Source of the DNA: Nonlabens ponticola
GTDB lineage: Bacteria > Bacteroidota > Bacteroidia > Flavobacteriales > Flavobacteriaceae
Reading direction: 5' to 3'
NCBI RefSeq assembly: GCF_003966335.1
Contig: NZ_CP034549.1
Location: 360,001-392,000, forward strand
DNA: 32,000 nucleotides
This document shows positions 1 to 9,333 of this stretch, in pieces. Position 1 is the stretch's first letter, and each line of letters starts with the position of its first letter. The position numbers and the translations under genes are program-made. Below the pieces are notes generated by a model. It ran no database searches. It saw nothing but the letters and a program-made list of their open reading frames with translations, and was not told the DNA's origin.

Positions 1-784
1 TGGCATAAGCAACATCCGTCTGATATTCTACAGGATACCCAGCGACGGATTCAATTTTATCTCCTAGCTTCAAATTAATAGAATCAGCAATTGATCCCTT
101 AACGATAGAGTCAAGTGCCATAGGCCTTCTATACGCAAAAGCTCCATTGACCCCGTCATTAAACATGCGATCACCTATGTCGTCTGGAATTGAAATCTCT
201 ACTGGTTGACCTTCACGTAATACAGTAACTGTCTCAACATCTCTGAAAACTAAATATTTACTCAGGTCGCGTGCATAAGGTAATGTATCGCCATTCACAA
301 GATAAGGTTGATCACCTTGCTCAAAGCCAATCTTCTCTAGCGTCGTTGGAAAACCAAAACCATATTTAAAATCATCACCTGTCGCTTCAAGTGTTCCCTG
401 CGAGTAAATGATTCCAGCATAAATAATAAAACCTACTAATACATTGACAATAACACCACCTAACATTACAATCAATCGTTGCCATGCTGGTTTTGATCTA
501 AATTCCCATGGTTGTGCCGGTTGTGCCATCTGCTCCTTATCCATGCTCTCATCGATCATACCAGCGATCTTTACATAACCGCCTAGAGGCAACCACCCAA
601 TTCCATAAACGGTATCGCCTATCTTTTTCTTGAATAGAGAGAATTTAATGTCAAAAAATAGGTAGAATTTCTCCACCTTGATCTTAAATAATCTGGCAGG
701 AATAAAGTGACCTAACTCATGCAGCACGATTAGTAAGGAAAGACTCATCAAGAAATTGATGATTAAAACAACAGTAGGATGCAT
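1..784 (-). CDS. rseP: RIP zinc metalloprotease RseP (M50 site-2 protease), N-terminal part; the gene runs off the left edge of the window
   Basis: Absent from the ORF track because no stop lies in the window. My translation of the minus strand from the ATG at 784..782 gives MHPTVVLIINFLMSLSLLIVLHELGHFIPARLFKIKVEKFYLFFD...GWLPLGGYVKIAGM. This is a TM helix, a HELGH zinc motif and the LPLGGYV block typical of M50/RseP. Confidence 0.8.
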   Translation of the reverse strand, partial: MHPTVVLIINFLMSLSLLIVLHELGHFIPARLFKIKVEKFYLFFDIKFSLFKKKIGDTVYGIGWLPLGGYVKIAGMIDESMDKEQMAQPAQPWEFRSKPAWQRLIVMLGGVIVNVLVGFIIYAGIIYSQGTLEATGDDFKYGFGFPTTLEKIGFEQGDQPYLVNGDTLPYARDLSKYLVFRDVETVTVLREGQPVEISIPDDIGDRMFNDGVNGAFAYRRPMALDSIVKGSIADSINLKLGDKIESVAGYPVEYQTDVAYA

Positions 785-886
785 AGAGCAGATTAGGTTA
801 ACAGCCTGCAAAAATAAGTTTTTATACGCTTACTTTAAAAGTGTTGCATGCTCACAACAAAAAGAGAGAAATCAAACGCTTATCTA

Positions 887-2839
887 TTACTGCACAAGTA
901 GAGACCTAGTTAATAGAGTGGTATCGTCCAGCATGATTTTCACCAGATACATTCCAGGTGTCGCAGGAACTTCAAATCGGCTGGCATTGGCATCTTGATA
1001 TTGATCCACTATTCTACCTTGCAAATCATATATGATGAGCTGCTCCATCCTACCTTCCATTCCATCCACAATAAAATAATCACGCGCTGGATTGGGGTAT
1101 AACCTGAGTTGTGCCGTATCAAAATCATCCATACTCAAAGTCGCCGTATTCTGACTTGAAATGATTTTAGTTTCTGGATCAATCATTACATCAGTGACTG
1201 CAAAGTCAATATCGTCAAGCACGATTTGTATTTGATTTGCATTTATATCTACCAGAATATCTCTTGTCTGGTTCTCACCTACAAGTCGCAGTGGCAATTG
1301 ACCCTCAAATAAATCTACACTCTCGTGACTCGTGGTCTGTTCGATATCTAGGCTCACTTCTAGATTTTGATCCTGTGAATAGGTGACCTGATAAGATGGG
1401 TGACCTTCATCATAAATCCAATCGTCAAAAAACTCTCGAAGATCTTGACCGCTTGTAACTTCTGCAACTCTTAGGAAATCCTCTGTTTTGGCATAGTCAA
1501 AAGCCAATGCGTTATTATTCAGGAAATTTTTAAGCACGCTATTAAATACATCGGCACCCAATCGATCTTCAAGCATATTGAGTACCATGGCTCCTTTATT
1601 ATAACTCAGTCTGCCATTAAAAACTCTTGAAACGCTTAAGGTATCGGCCGCGGGAACATAAACGCTACCGTCTGGCGCGCTGGTGATGGATCTAAGTCTG
1701 CTTTCTCGCCAGCTTTTAAATGAATCTTCTCCCTTTAATTTTTGTATCGCTTTTCCATTTGCATAGGTAGCAAAGCTCTCATTAATCCATATATCTTGCC
1801 AACTGCCGCAGGTCACCTTATTACCAAACCATTGATGCGCTAGCTCGTGAGCGGTCAAATTAAAACTAAATGTACCCATGAATGATATGGTAGTATGTTC
1901 CATGCCACCATTCCAACCAAATTGCGCATGTCCATATTTCTCATCCTTAAAAGGATAAACACCATAAGATTCTTCAAAAAATGACATCATCGGTGGTGTC
2001 ACCGCTAGATCGCTTCTCGCGCGCTCTAGATCCTCTGGATACACATAATTATTGATATTAAATGCGCTTAAATCGCTCTCATATTCCTGTGTGAACTTTT
2101 CATAATTAGTCACCGCAAAAGCAATCAAGTAAGCAGGAATTGGGTAATTATGTTGCCAGGTATATGTCTTGCCCGCGCCATTATCAAGCTCTTCAATCAA
2201 CAAGCCATTGGAGACACCTGTATTGCCATAGGGAACGTTAAGTGTAACCGTCGTTGCATCAATTTTATCATTAAGATCCTGTTTACAAGGCCACCATGAT
2301 TTGGCTCCATAAGGTTCTGATAGCGTCCAGATGATGCCTTGACCATCGTGCTGTCGTCTCGCATAGCTGCCAAAACCTGTTCCCTCAGGATTACCAGAGT
2401 ACGCTATTGAAATAGTAACCTGATTGTCAGCAGCAATGGCGTTTTCAAAATCAATTTGTAGTAAATCATTGCCTATTGCAGTAATAGTTGTCAAACCTGC
2501 ATCACTAGTAACAGTTTCTGCAGTCATGCCGTCGGCAAAATCTAGATATATGCGATTTAGGTTTTCAGTTGCCTTAAAATCCATGGTCATCTCTCCACTC
2601 ATGGCATCCATATCCGGATCGATGTCTAGCTCTAATTCTACCGCAAGTACGTCATAGTTGTCTTGAGATACAAAGGCATTTTTCTGTGGAATTGATGATA
2701 TCAATCTGGATTTGGCAATGCATGCTTGCACGGCGTCGTTTGATACGTCGATTACTGTGGTATGTTGTTGCGCTATTAAAGAGTCAGCTTTCGCGAAAGC
2801 TAACACCATAAAAACCCATAAACACCAGTCGATCTTCAT
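887..2839 (-). CDS. Secreted M1-family zinc metallopeptidase (aminopeptidase N-like) with a T9SS C-terminal sorting domain
   Basis: 650-aa ORF with an N-terminal signal peptide (MKIDWCLWVFMVLAFAKA). It has a GGMEH exopeptidase-like motif and HELAHQW followed by WINESFATY (HEXXH-18-E). The C-terminus LRLYPNPARDYFIV...GMYLVKIML fits the Por secretion tail. Confidence 0.9.
   Translation of the reverse strand: MKIDWCLWVFMVLAFAKADSLIAQQHTTVIDVSNDAVQACIAKSRLISSIPQKNAFVSQDNYDVLAVELELDIDPDMDAMSGEMTMDFKATENLNRIYLDFADGMTAETVTSDAGLTTITAIGNDLLQIDFENAIAADNQVTISIAYSGNPEGTGFGSYARRQHDGQGIIWTLSEPYGAKSWWPCKQDLNDKIDATTVTLNVPYGNTGVSNGLLIEELDNGAGKTYTWQHNYPIPAYLIAFAVTNYEKFTQEYESDLSAFNINNYVYPEDLERARSDLAVTPPMMSFFEESYGVYPFKDEKYGHAQFGWNGGMEHTTISFMGTFSFNLTAHELAHQWFGNKVTCGSWQDIWINESFATYANGKAIQKLKGEDSFKSWRESRLRSITSAPDGSVYVPAADTLSVSRVFNGRLSYNKGAMVLNMLEDRLGADVFNSVLKNFLNNNALAFDYAKTEDFLRVAEVTSGQDLREFFDDWIYDEGHPSYQVTYSQDQNLEVSLDIEQTTSHESVDLFEGQLPLRLVGENQTRDILVDINANQIQIVLDDIDFAVTDVMIDPETKIISSQNTATLSMDDFDTAQLRLYPNPARDYFIVDGMEGRMEQLIIYDLQGRIVDQYQDANASRFEVPATPGMYLVKIMLDDTTLLTRSLLVQ
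2787..2800. repeat. Copy 1 of the iterated palindrome GCTTTCGCGAAAGC (16-bp palindrome with flanks, 2786..2801)
   Basis: Perfect match read directly. It lies in the M1 peptidase gene and is translated on the minus strand as AFAKA within MVLAFAKADS, the end of the signal peptide. Confidence 0.95.
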
Positions 2840-2905
2840 CTTGAAAAACCCATTGAAACCTGTCAGGAGCGCCCTAAAATCACGTCCTAACTACAGTAAA
2901 GGTCG

Positions 2906-2913
2906 TAAATTTG
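2906..2913 (+). promoter_or_regulatory. Bacteroidetes-type -7 promoter element TAnnTTTG (TAAATTTG) upstream of the SCO1 gene
   Basis: Exact match to the sigma-A -7 consensus TAnnTTTG described for Bacteroidetes, 16 nt upstream of the GTG start at 2929. Confidence 0.45.
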
Positions 2914-2928
2914 TAACAAAGCTCTCAC

Positions 2929-3612
2929 GTGAAGGATTTTCTCAAGAAAAACAAGTATCGCATTCTCTTTATGGTGCTATTATGTGCGGCTATCATGGCT
3001 TCTTTCCAGTATGCGCTCACTCCTGAAAAACAGTTGGCCGTTCTGCAACCAGACCAGTTTGACCCAACGCTGGTAGATGACAGCAAGGTTTTTGTAAAAA
3101 AGTATCATGAGATCGCACCTTTTAAACTTGTCAATCAAAACGGCGACACGATTACAGATGAGTTCTATGACGATAAAATTTATGTAGCCGATTTTTTCTT
3201 CACAGTATGTCCTGGAATTTGCCCAATCATGACCGAGAACATGACACTGCTACAAGAGGAATTTAAAAATGATCCAGAGGTGTTGCTACTGTCTCACAGC
3301 GTCACACCGGAGCAAGACAGTGTGAGTGTCCTGCGTGCTTATGCTGATAAAAAAGGCGTTATTGATGATAAATGGAATCTAGTCACTGGTGATAGAAAGG
3401 AGATTTATGACCTTGCTAGAAAGTCGTACCTAGCTGCCAAGAAGAATAAATTTGGCGGTGAATACGCCATGATTCATACAGAGAATTTCATGCTTGTCGA
3501 TAAGGAAGGTCGCCTGCGTGGTAGGTCCTATGACGGTACTAAAAAGGAGGAAATCGACGCACTCATAGAAGACATTTATATTCTCAAGGAAAGCTACCGT
3601 AAAGAGGATTGA
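2929..3612 (+). CDS. SCO1/SenC family thioredoxin-fold copper chaperone / cytochrome oxidase assembly protein
   Basis: 227-aa ORF with a GTG start, an N-terminal membrane anchor and an FFFTVCPGICP CxxxC motif. Downstream blocks (LLSHSVTPEQDS, HTENFMLVD) are typical of SCO1/SenC. Confidence 0.85.
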   Translation: MKDFLKKNKYRILFMVLLCAAIMASFQYALTPEKQLAVLQPDQFDPTLVDDSKVFVKKYHEIAPFKLVNQNGDTITDEFYDDKIYVADFFFTVCPGICPIMTENMTLLQEEFKNDPEVLLLSHSVTPEQDSVSVLRAYADKKGVIDDKWNLVTGDRKEIYDLARKSYLAAKKNKFGGEYAMIHTENFMLVDKEGRLRGRSYDGTKKEEIDALIEDIYILKESYRKED

Positions 3613-3655
3613 TGACGGCGTGGCTATTGCTTATTTTTGCCGCTTATAATTAGGC

Positions 3656-4360
3656 ATGTCGATTTTTGGTTACATATTTTTATTCTTGGTCATACGCTGG
3701 CTGTACACCTTGTTTACTAATGCACAGGTCAACACAGGAAACCCAACAAGACAGCGTACTCAAAGCACAAGAGTAAGTCCACAAGATTTTGAACTTCATT
3801 TGTTATCACTCACATCCATCGTCATCAAAGCAGATGGAAAGGTCACGCAAAACGAGCTGGACTATGTGCGTCAGTATTTTGTAAGCAATTACGGCAAGGA
3901 TCGAGCAAATGCGATCTTTAAGGTTTTTAATGAAGTCGTCAAAAAGCGTGAAGTAAATCCTGCACGTATTTGTCAATATTTGAATGCACGCACTAGGTAT
4001 GAAAGTCGCTTGCAAATCCTACACTTCTTGTTTGGCATTGCACAGGCAGATGGTCACGTGAGCAGCCCAGAAGTAAGCGTACTATCTCAGATTGCTGGCT
4101 ATTTAAGGTTATCACAGCGAGATTTTATTTCTATCAAGGCAATGTTTGTAAAGGATCAAGACAACGCCTATAAGATTCTTGAAATTGACAAGTCCGTTCC
4201 AGATCATGAGGTAAAAAAGGCCTACCGCACCATGGCCAAAAAATACCATCCCGACAAACTCATCGATATGGACGATGCCTACCGCAAGGGCGCCGAGGAG
4301 AAATTCCGCAAGGTGCAGGAAGCCTATGAAACGATCCAGAAAGAGCGCGGCATGGTCTAG
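3656..4360 (+). CDS. Membrane-anchored TerB-like domain plus C-terminal J-domain co-chaperone (DjlA-like)
   Basis: N-terminal TM helix (IFGYIFLFLVIRWLY) and two TerB-like repeats (ADGKVTQNELDYV, ADGHVSSPEVSVL). The C-terminal J domain is YKILEIDKSVPDHEVKKAYRTMAKKYHPDK. Confidence 0.8.
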   Translation: MSIFGYIFLFLVIRWLYTLFTNAQVNTGNPTRQRTQSTRVSPQDFELHLLSLTSIVIKADGKVTQNELDYVRQYFVSNYGKDRANAIFKVFNEVVKKREVNPARICQYLNARTRYESRLQILHFLFGIAQADGHVSSPEVSVLSQIAGYLRLSQRDFISIKAMFVKDQDNAYKILEIDKSVPDHEVKKAYRTMAKKYHPDKLIDMDDAYRKGAEEKFRKVQEAYETIQKERGMV

Positions 4361-4478
4361 CCACGCAATCTTGTGACAGCACTACTCGTTGTATCGCATA
4401 TTACCTATATTTACTGTTAGGTGACAGATGATTCATCCAGCGCATAAGCGACTGGATTCCAATATATAAGATAGTTCA

Positions 4479-5801
4479 ATGAGTTGTAGTAGTTGTGGAA
4501 CTGGTGGTGACTCGCCACGCGGTTGTAAAAATAATGGTACCTGCGGTACTTCTGGATGTAATAAACTTACCGTTTTTGACTGGCTGGCAAACATGGATTT
4601 GCCCGATGGTCAAGAACAATTCAAATATGTAGAGGTACGTTTTAAAAACAGCCGAAAAGAATTCTTCTACAACAAGGATAATCTTCAACTCAAGATAGGT
4701 GACATTGTTGCCACACAGGCAAACAGCGGTCATGACATTGGGATAGTAACACTTACTGGCGAGTTGGTGCGCGTACAGATGAAACGTAAACGCGTAAAGC
4801 AGGATCCAGAAGAAATCTGCGCCATCTACCGCATTGCCAATCAAACCGATATCGACAAGTGGAAAGCTGCTAGAGATCGTGAGGATGCAATGAAGATAAA
4901 TGCTCGCGAGATAGCCATACGCCTGCAACTACAAATGAAAATTTCTGATATTGAATTTCAGGGTGATGGTTCCAAAGCTACTTTTTACTACACGGCAGAC
5001 CAGCGCGTGGATTTCCGTGAATTAATACGGGAATATGCAGGCACCTTCAAGACGCGCATCGAGATGCGCCAGATAGGCCTGCGACAAGAAGCTGCAAGAT
5101 TAGGCGGCATAGGTTCTTGTGGTAGAGAATTGTGCTGTAGCACGTGGTTGACAGACTTTAGATCTGTAACGACCAGTGCCGCCCGATATCAAAATTTATC
5201 ACTCAATCCACAAAAACTGGCCGGGCAATGCGGTAAGCTCAAATGCTGCTTGAACTATGAGCTAGACTCATACCTAGATGCGTTGAGCACGTTCCCAAAA
5301 CAGAATCAAAAGCTATACACAGAAAAAGGCGTCGCGTTGTGCCAAAAGGTAGATATCTTCAAAGGCCTGATGTGGTATTGCTATGATGGTGAGTGGATGA
5401 ACTGGCACGTACTCACAACAGACCAAGTTCATGAGATCGTCAAAAAGAACAAAGCCAAGGAGAAAGTCGCCAGCATTGAAGAATACGCTAGCGAACTGAT
5501 CATAGAGGAAAAAGTGAGCTTTGAGAATGTGGTAGGACAAGACAGCCTTACTCGATTTGATCAAGCTACCAAGCAACGTGGCAAACGCAAGAAAAGACGC
5601 AATAATCGCAAATCCAGCGGTAATAATACCCGCATTAAGAATACAAATCAGAAAAAAAAAGGCGGCAATAAACCTAACGACTCAAAAAAGCCAGTAGCTC
5701 AAAAAACTACCAGTGGCAATAAGCCATCCAGTAATAAGCGCCGCAGGCCTAAACGCACCAATAAAGGCGGTAGTCAAAACAATAATTCGGCTAAGGAATG
5801 A
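4479..5801 (+). CDS. PSP1 (RicT/YaaT-like) domain protein with a Cys-rich N-terminus and a long basic low-complexity C-terminal tail
   Basis: The core (FKYVEVRFKNSRKEFFYNKD...GDIVATQANSGHDIGIV...GSCGRELCCSTWL...CGKLKCCLNYE) matches the PSP1 C-terminal domain family. The last ~75 aa are K/R/N-rich. The stop overlaps the gldH start (ATGA). Confidence 0.85.
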   Translation: MSCSSCGTGGDSPRGCKNNGTCGTSGCNKLTVFDWLANMDLPDGQEQFKYVEVRFKNSRKEFFYNKDNLQLKIGDIVATQANSGHDIGIVTLTGELVRVQMKRKRVKQDPEEICAIYRIANQTDIDKWKAARDREDAMKINAREIAIRLQLQMKISDIEFQGDGSKATFYYTADQRVDFRELIREYAGTFKTRIEMRQIGLRQEAARLGGIGSCGRELCCSTWLTDFRSVTTSAARYQNLSLNPQKLAGQCGKLKCCLNYELDSYLDALSTFPKQNQKLYTEKGVALCQKVDIFKGLMWYCYDGEWMNWHVLTTDQVHEIVKKNKAKEKVASIEEYASELIIEEKVSFENVVGQDSLTRFDQATKQRGKRKKRRNNRKSSGNNTRIKNTNQKKKGGNKPNDSKKPVAQKTTSGNKPSSNKRRRPKRTNKGGSQNNNSAKE

Positions 5802-6301
5802 TGCGCAACTATGTTTACATATGGGGCGTCTTGTGTTTATGTTTGTTGACCAGCTGCGATGACCAACTAGTAGATAGCGACACGGTAACCATAGCTCAAG
5901 GTTCATGGGATTATGACGCGCCAGTTGAGTTTGAAATCACGCCACCAGACAGCATCAATGATTATGATGTATTCTTTTATGTGCGCAATGATCAACAGTA
6001 TGCTTTTAAAAATCTATGGTTGATCAGTCAATTAAAATTTCCAGAAGGAAAAATCGTTACAGATACATTGCAGTACGAGATGGCAGACTCTCAAGGTAGG
6101 TTTTTAGGAACCGGTAAAGATCTGATTGAAAATAAGTTATGGTATAAGAGAGGTGTTAGCTTTCGCGAAAGCGGAACCCACAATCTCACCATTAAACAAG
6201 CTATGAGACGCAATGGTGACGCACAACCACTTGAACAACTGGATGGCGTACTAGACGTAGGTTATATTATTGAAAAACACATGCCCGATGGCAACAACTA
6301 A
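5798..6301 (+). CDS. gldH: Gliding motility lipoprotein GldH
   Basis: 167 aa with lipobox LLTSC. The body (YDVFFYVRNDQQYAFKNLWLISQL...TDTLQYEMADSQGRFLGTG...NKLWYK...LTIKQAMR) resembles F. johnsoniae GldH. The conserved context PSP1-gldH-PBP1A supports the call. Confidence 0.85.
   Translation: MMRNYVYIWGVLCLCLLTSCDDQLVDSDTVTIAQGSWDYDAPVEFEITPPDSINDYDVFFYVRNDQQYAFKNLWLISQLKFPEGKIVTDTLQYEMADSQGRFLGTGKDLIENKLWYKRGVSFRESGTHNLTIKQAMRRNGDAQPLEQLDGVLDVGYIIEKHMPDGNN
6159..6172. repeat. Copy 2 of the iterated palindrome GCTTTCGCGAAAGC
   Basis: Perfect match inside gldH, read in a different phase from the other coding copies: (A)GC TTT CGC GAA AGC gives SFRES within GVSFRESGTH. Confidence 0.95.
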
Positions 6302-8615
6302 AGAACAAAAACAGCGCAAGGAAGATCTCTCTAGAAACATCAAATTATTCTGGAAGATCGTAGCAACAGGTATAGGATTGGTCGTCTTACTATTTGTATT
6401 GACGGGTCTTGGACTTTTTGGATCACTGCCTGATCACACCAAATTAGAGAATCCAGAAACAGACCTCGCGACCGAAATCATATCGGCAGATGGAGAGACT
6501 TTGGGAAAAATATACAAAGACAACCGCACGCCAGTAGATTTTGAGGATCTACCGCAAAATCTCGTAGACGCCCTGGTGTCTACTGAGGATGAACGCTTTT
6601 ACGAACACAGCGGTATTGACGGATATGGAACCGTGCGCGCCGTGGCCTTTTTAGGAAGTCGTGGTGGTGCCAGTACGATCACGCAACAACTTGCTAAAAA
6701 TTACTTTACGGAACGTCCTAGCCAGAATATCGTGGCTCGTATCATCCAGAAACTACAGGAATGGATCATCTCCATACGTCTTGAAAAACAGTACACAAAA
6801 GAGGAAATCATAGCGCAGTACCTCAACCAGATTGACTTCTTGTATCAAGCAGATGGTGTGCGATCGGCTTCACGTATTTATTTTGGCAAAGAACCCAGCG
6901 AGTTGAATGTAGAGGAAAGTGCGGTGATCGTTGCCATGCTTAAAAACCCACGACAGTACAATCCACGTCGTGCCGTGAGTAAAGAGAAGTCGTTGCAGCG
7001 ACGCAATCAGGTATTTGTGCAAATGGTGCGCAATGATAAGATGAGCGAGGCCATGAAAGACAGTCTCAAACAACAGCCTATCAAGCTAGACTATAATCCT
7101 GAAGGTCATAACGATGGTATGGCAACCTATTTTAGAGAATTTTTGCGTGCAGACCTGCGCAAATGGATCAAAGAAAATCCTAATCCAGAAACAGGTGAAC
7201 CCTATGATTTGAGACGTGACGGACTGCGCATCAATGTGACTATCGACAGCCGCATGCAAAAGATTGCAGAAAAAGCCGTGACCGATCACATGGCAAACCT
7301 ACAGGAAGAGTTTGACGATCAGAACAAAAAACTGAGCACGGCACCATTTAGAGATGTAACCGAAAAAGAAATTAATGAAAAGATCATAGCCAGCGCTATG
7401 CGCAGGTCAGACCGTTGGAGAATACTGAAAGCTCAAGGTAAAAGCGAGCAAGAAATCAAGGACAGCTTCCTTGAAAAGACAGACATGACCATCTTTGCTT
7501 GGAACGGCGATATTGATACTGTCATGACACCGGTGGATTCCATAAGATATTATAAAAAATTCTTGCAGGCTGGTATGATGTCACTAGAGCCACAAACAGG
7601 ACATGTTAAGGCTTGGGTAGGTGGTATCAATCACCAGCACTTTAAGTACGACCACGTGAAGAAAGGTAAGCGTCAGGCTGGATCAACATTCAAACCGTTT
7701 TTATATGCAACGGCTATTGATTTGCTGCACTACTCACCTTGTAAAATCTATTCAGATGGTGAGTACACCATTCCAGCAGGTCGTTATGGGTTGAGCAAGG
7801 ACTGGACACCTAGCAACTCCAGTGGTGGCTACGGTAACCTCAAGACCATGAAAGAAGCGCTAGCCAGCTCGACAAATACTATATCCGCACAGTTGATGGA
7901 TGAGGTTGGCCCTCAAGCGGTAGTTGATAGAGCAAAATCCATGGGAATAGATACCGATAATTTTGATGTTACCGTTTCCCTAGCACTAGGAACTGCAGAT
8001 GTTAGTTTATATGAAATGGTAGCGGCATACGGCGTTTTTGCAAACGGTGGTATTTACAACGAGCCAGTATTGGTTACCAGTATTGAAGATAAAAATGGTA
8101 CCGTATTGTTTCAATATGTGCCAGAATCAAAAGATGTCATGAACCCAGAAGTAGCCTACACAACGGTAAAACTTATGGAAGGCGTGGTGCAGTCTGGTAG
8201 CGGCGCGCGTTTGAGAGATACCTGGCGTGGACAACAAGGATATGGCAAAGTGCTTACCGGCTATCCCTATAAACTAGAGAATGATATTGCTGGTAAAACG
8301 GGTACTACCCAAAATAATAGCGATGGCTGGTTCATCGGCATGGTGCCTAATCTTGTGAGCGGCGTCTGGGTTGGTGGTGAAGATCGATCGGTACACTTTT
8401 ATAGTACGACCTATGGTCAAGGTGCTACCATGGCATTACCTATTTGGGGTAGCTTTATGAAAGGTGTATATGCTAATGAATCTTTAGGCATTTCAAAAGA
8501 GCCATTCCCTAAGCCATCTAACTTGTCCATCGAGGTCAATTGTGCGGAGTATGTTGACGGCATGAATAGCAATGACAGTGGCGCAGATGATGGTAGCGAT
8601 CAACTAGACATGTAA
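6270..8615 (+). CDS. mrcA: Bifunctional penicillin-binding protein 1A (GT51 transglycosylase plus transpeptidase)
   Basis: GT51 motifs EDERFYEHSGID and GASTITQQLAKN are present. Transpeptidase motifs are STFKP, SSN-type (SSTN) and KTGTT. The true start may be the second ATG at 6288 (MATTKEQ), which shortens the overlap with gldH. Confidence 0.92.
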   Translation: MKNTCPMATTKEQKQRKEDLSRNIKLFWKIVATGIGLVVLLFVLTGLGLFGSLPDHTKLENPETDLATEIISADGETLGKIYKDNRTPVDFEDLPQNLVDALVSTEDERFYEHSGIDGYGTVRAVAFLGSRGGASTITQQLAKNYFTERPSQNIVARIIQKLQEWIISIRLEKQYTKEEIIAQYLNQIDFLYQADGVRSASRIYFGKEPSELNVEESAVIVAMLKNPRQYNPRRAVSKEKSLQRRNQVFVQMVRNDKMSEAMKDSLKQQPIKLDYNPEGHNDGMATYFREFLRADLRKWIKENPNPETGEPYDLRRDGLRINVTIDSRMQKIAEKAVTDHMANLQEEFDDQNKKLSTAPFRDVTEKEINEKIIASAMRRSDRWRILKAQGKSEQEIKDSFLEKTDMTIFAWNGDIDTVMTPVDSIRYYKKFLQAGMMSLEPQTGHVKAWVGGINHQHFKYDHVKKGKRQAGSTFKPFLYATAIDLLHYSPCKIYSDGEYTIPAGRYGLSKDWTPSNSSGGYGNLKTMKEALASSTNTISAQLMDEVGPQAVVDRAKSMGIDTDNFDVTVSLALGTADVSLYEMVAAYGVFANGGIYNEPVLVTSIEDKNGTVLFQYVPESKDVMNPEVAYTTVKLMEGVVQSGSGARLRDTWRGQQGYGKVLTGYPYKLENDIAGKTGTTQNNSDGWFIGMVPNLVSGVWVGGEDRSVHFYSTTYGQGATMALPIWGSFMKGVYANESLGISKEPFPKPSNLSIEVNCAEYVDGMNSNDSGADDGSDQLDM

Positions 8616-8619
8616 CAAT

Positions 8620-9333
8620 ATGTTGCAACGGTTATCCATACACAACATTCTATTTCTCGATATCGAGACGGTACCTCAGCAAGAAGATTTTAAGGATCTA
8701 GATAAAATTGATCAAGAGCTATTTGCTCAAAAAACACAATACCAGCGAAGAGACGATAAAACTCCTGAGGAATTTTATGATCGTGCTGGCATCTGGGCAG
8801 AGTTTGGCAAAATCATATGTATCTCTGTAGGTTACTTTAGTGAGAAGACAAGTAACAGCAGTTTTAGGGTGCGCAGTTTCACTGGTGAAGAACGAGACAT
8901 CTTGATGGATTTCTCCGCACTTCTTGAGGAGCATTTCTCTAGACGCGATCATTTGTTGTGCGCCCATAATGGCAAGGAATTCGACTTTCCTTACATAGCG
9001 AGACGATTGGTCATTCATGGATTGCCATTACCGGTAAAGCTCAATTTGTTTGGTAAAAAGCCATGGGAAATACCGCACCTTGATACGATGGAGCTGTGGA
9101 AATTTGGCGACTACAAACATTTTACCAGTATCAAATTACTCACGAGAGTGTTGGGCGTACCATCGCCCAAAGATGATATAGATGGCTCGCAGGTACGAGA
9201 TGTATTCTATAAAGAGAATGACATTTCCCGCATCGCGACCTACTGCGAGAAAGATGTAATTGCAGTCGCCCAAGTGCTGTTGCGTATGAGGAACGAGCCA
9301 CTGCTTAAAGACAGCGATATTGTCATCAAATAA
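8620..9333 (+). CDS. DnaQ/RNase H-fold 3'-5' exonuclease (PolB-exonuclease-like)
   Basis: Has an ExoI-like LFLDIETV (DxE) motif, an ExoII-like HNGKEFDFPY motif and a C-terminal YCEKDV motif. It starts 5 nt after the PBP1A stop. Confidence 0.7.
   Translation: MLQRLSIHNILFLDIETVPQQEDFKDLDKIDQELFAQKTQYQRRDDKTPEEFYDRAGIWAEFGKIICISVGYFSEKTSNSSFRVRSFTGEERDILMDFSALLEEHFSRRDHLLCAHNGKEFDFPYIARRLVIHGLPLPVKLNLFGKKPWEIPHLDTMELWKFGDYKHFTSIKLLTRVLGVPSPKDDIDGSQVRDVFYKENDISRIATYCEKDVIAVAQVLLRMRNEPLLKDSDIVIK

Noticed and set aside
756-998. 80-aa plus-strand ORF between rseP and the M1 peptidase.
   Set aside because: It overlaps the 5' end of rseP (start at 784) and the 3' end of the M1 peptidase on the opposite strand. 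It has no recognisable motifs and its composition is typical of an antisense frame.
4476-4928. 150-aa minus-strand ORF antisense to the PSP1 gene.
   Set aside because: The sense strand carries unmistakable PSP1 family blocks. The antisense product is low-complexity, ending in TTTTTH, and has no start context.
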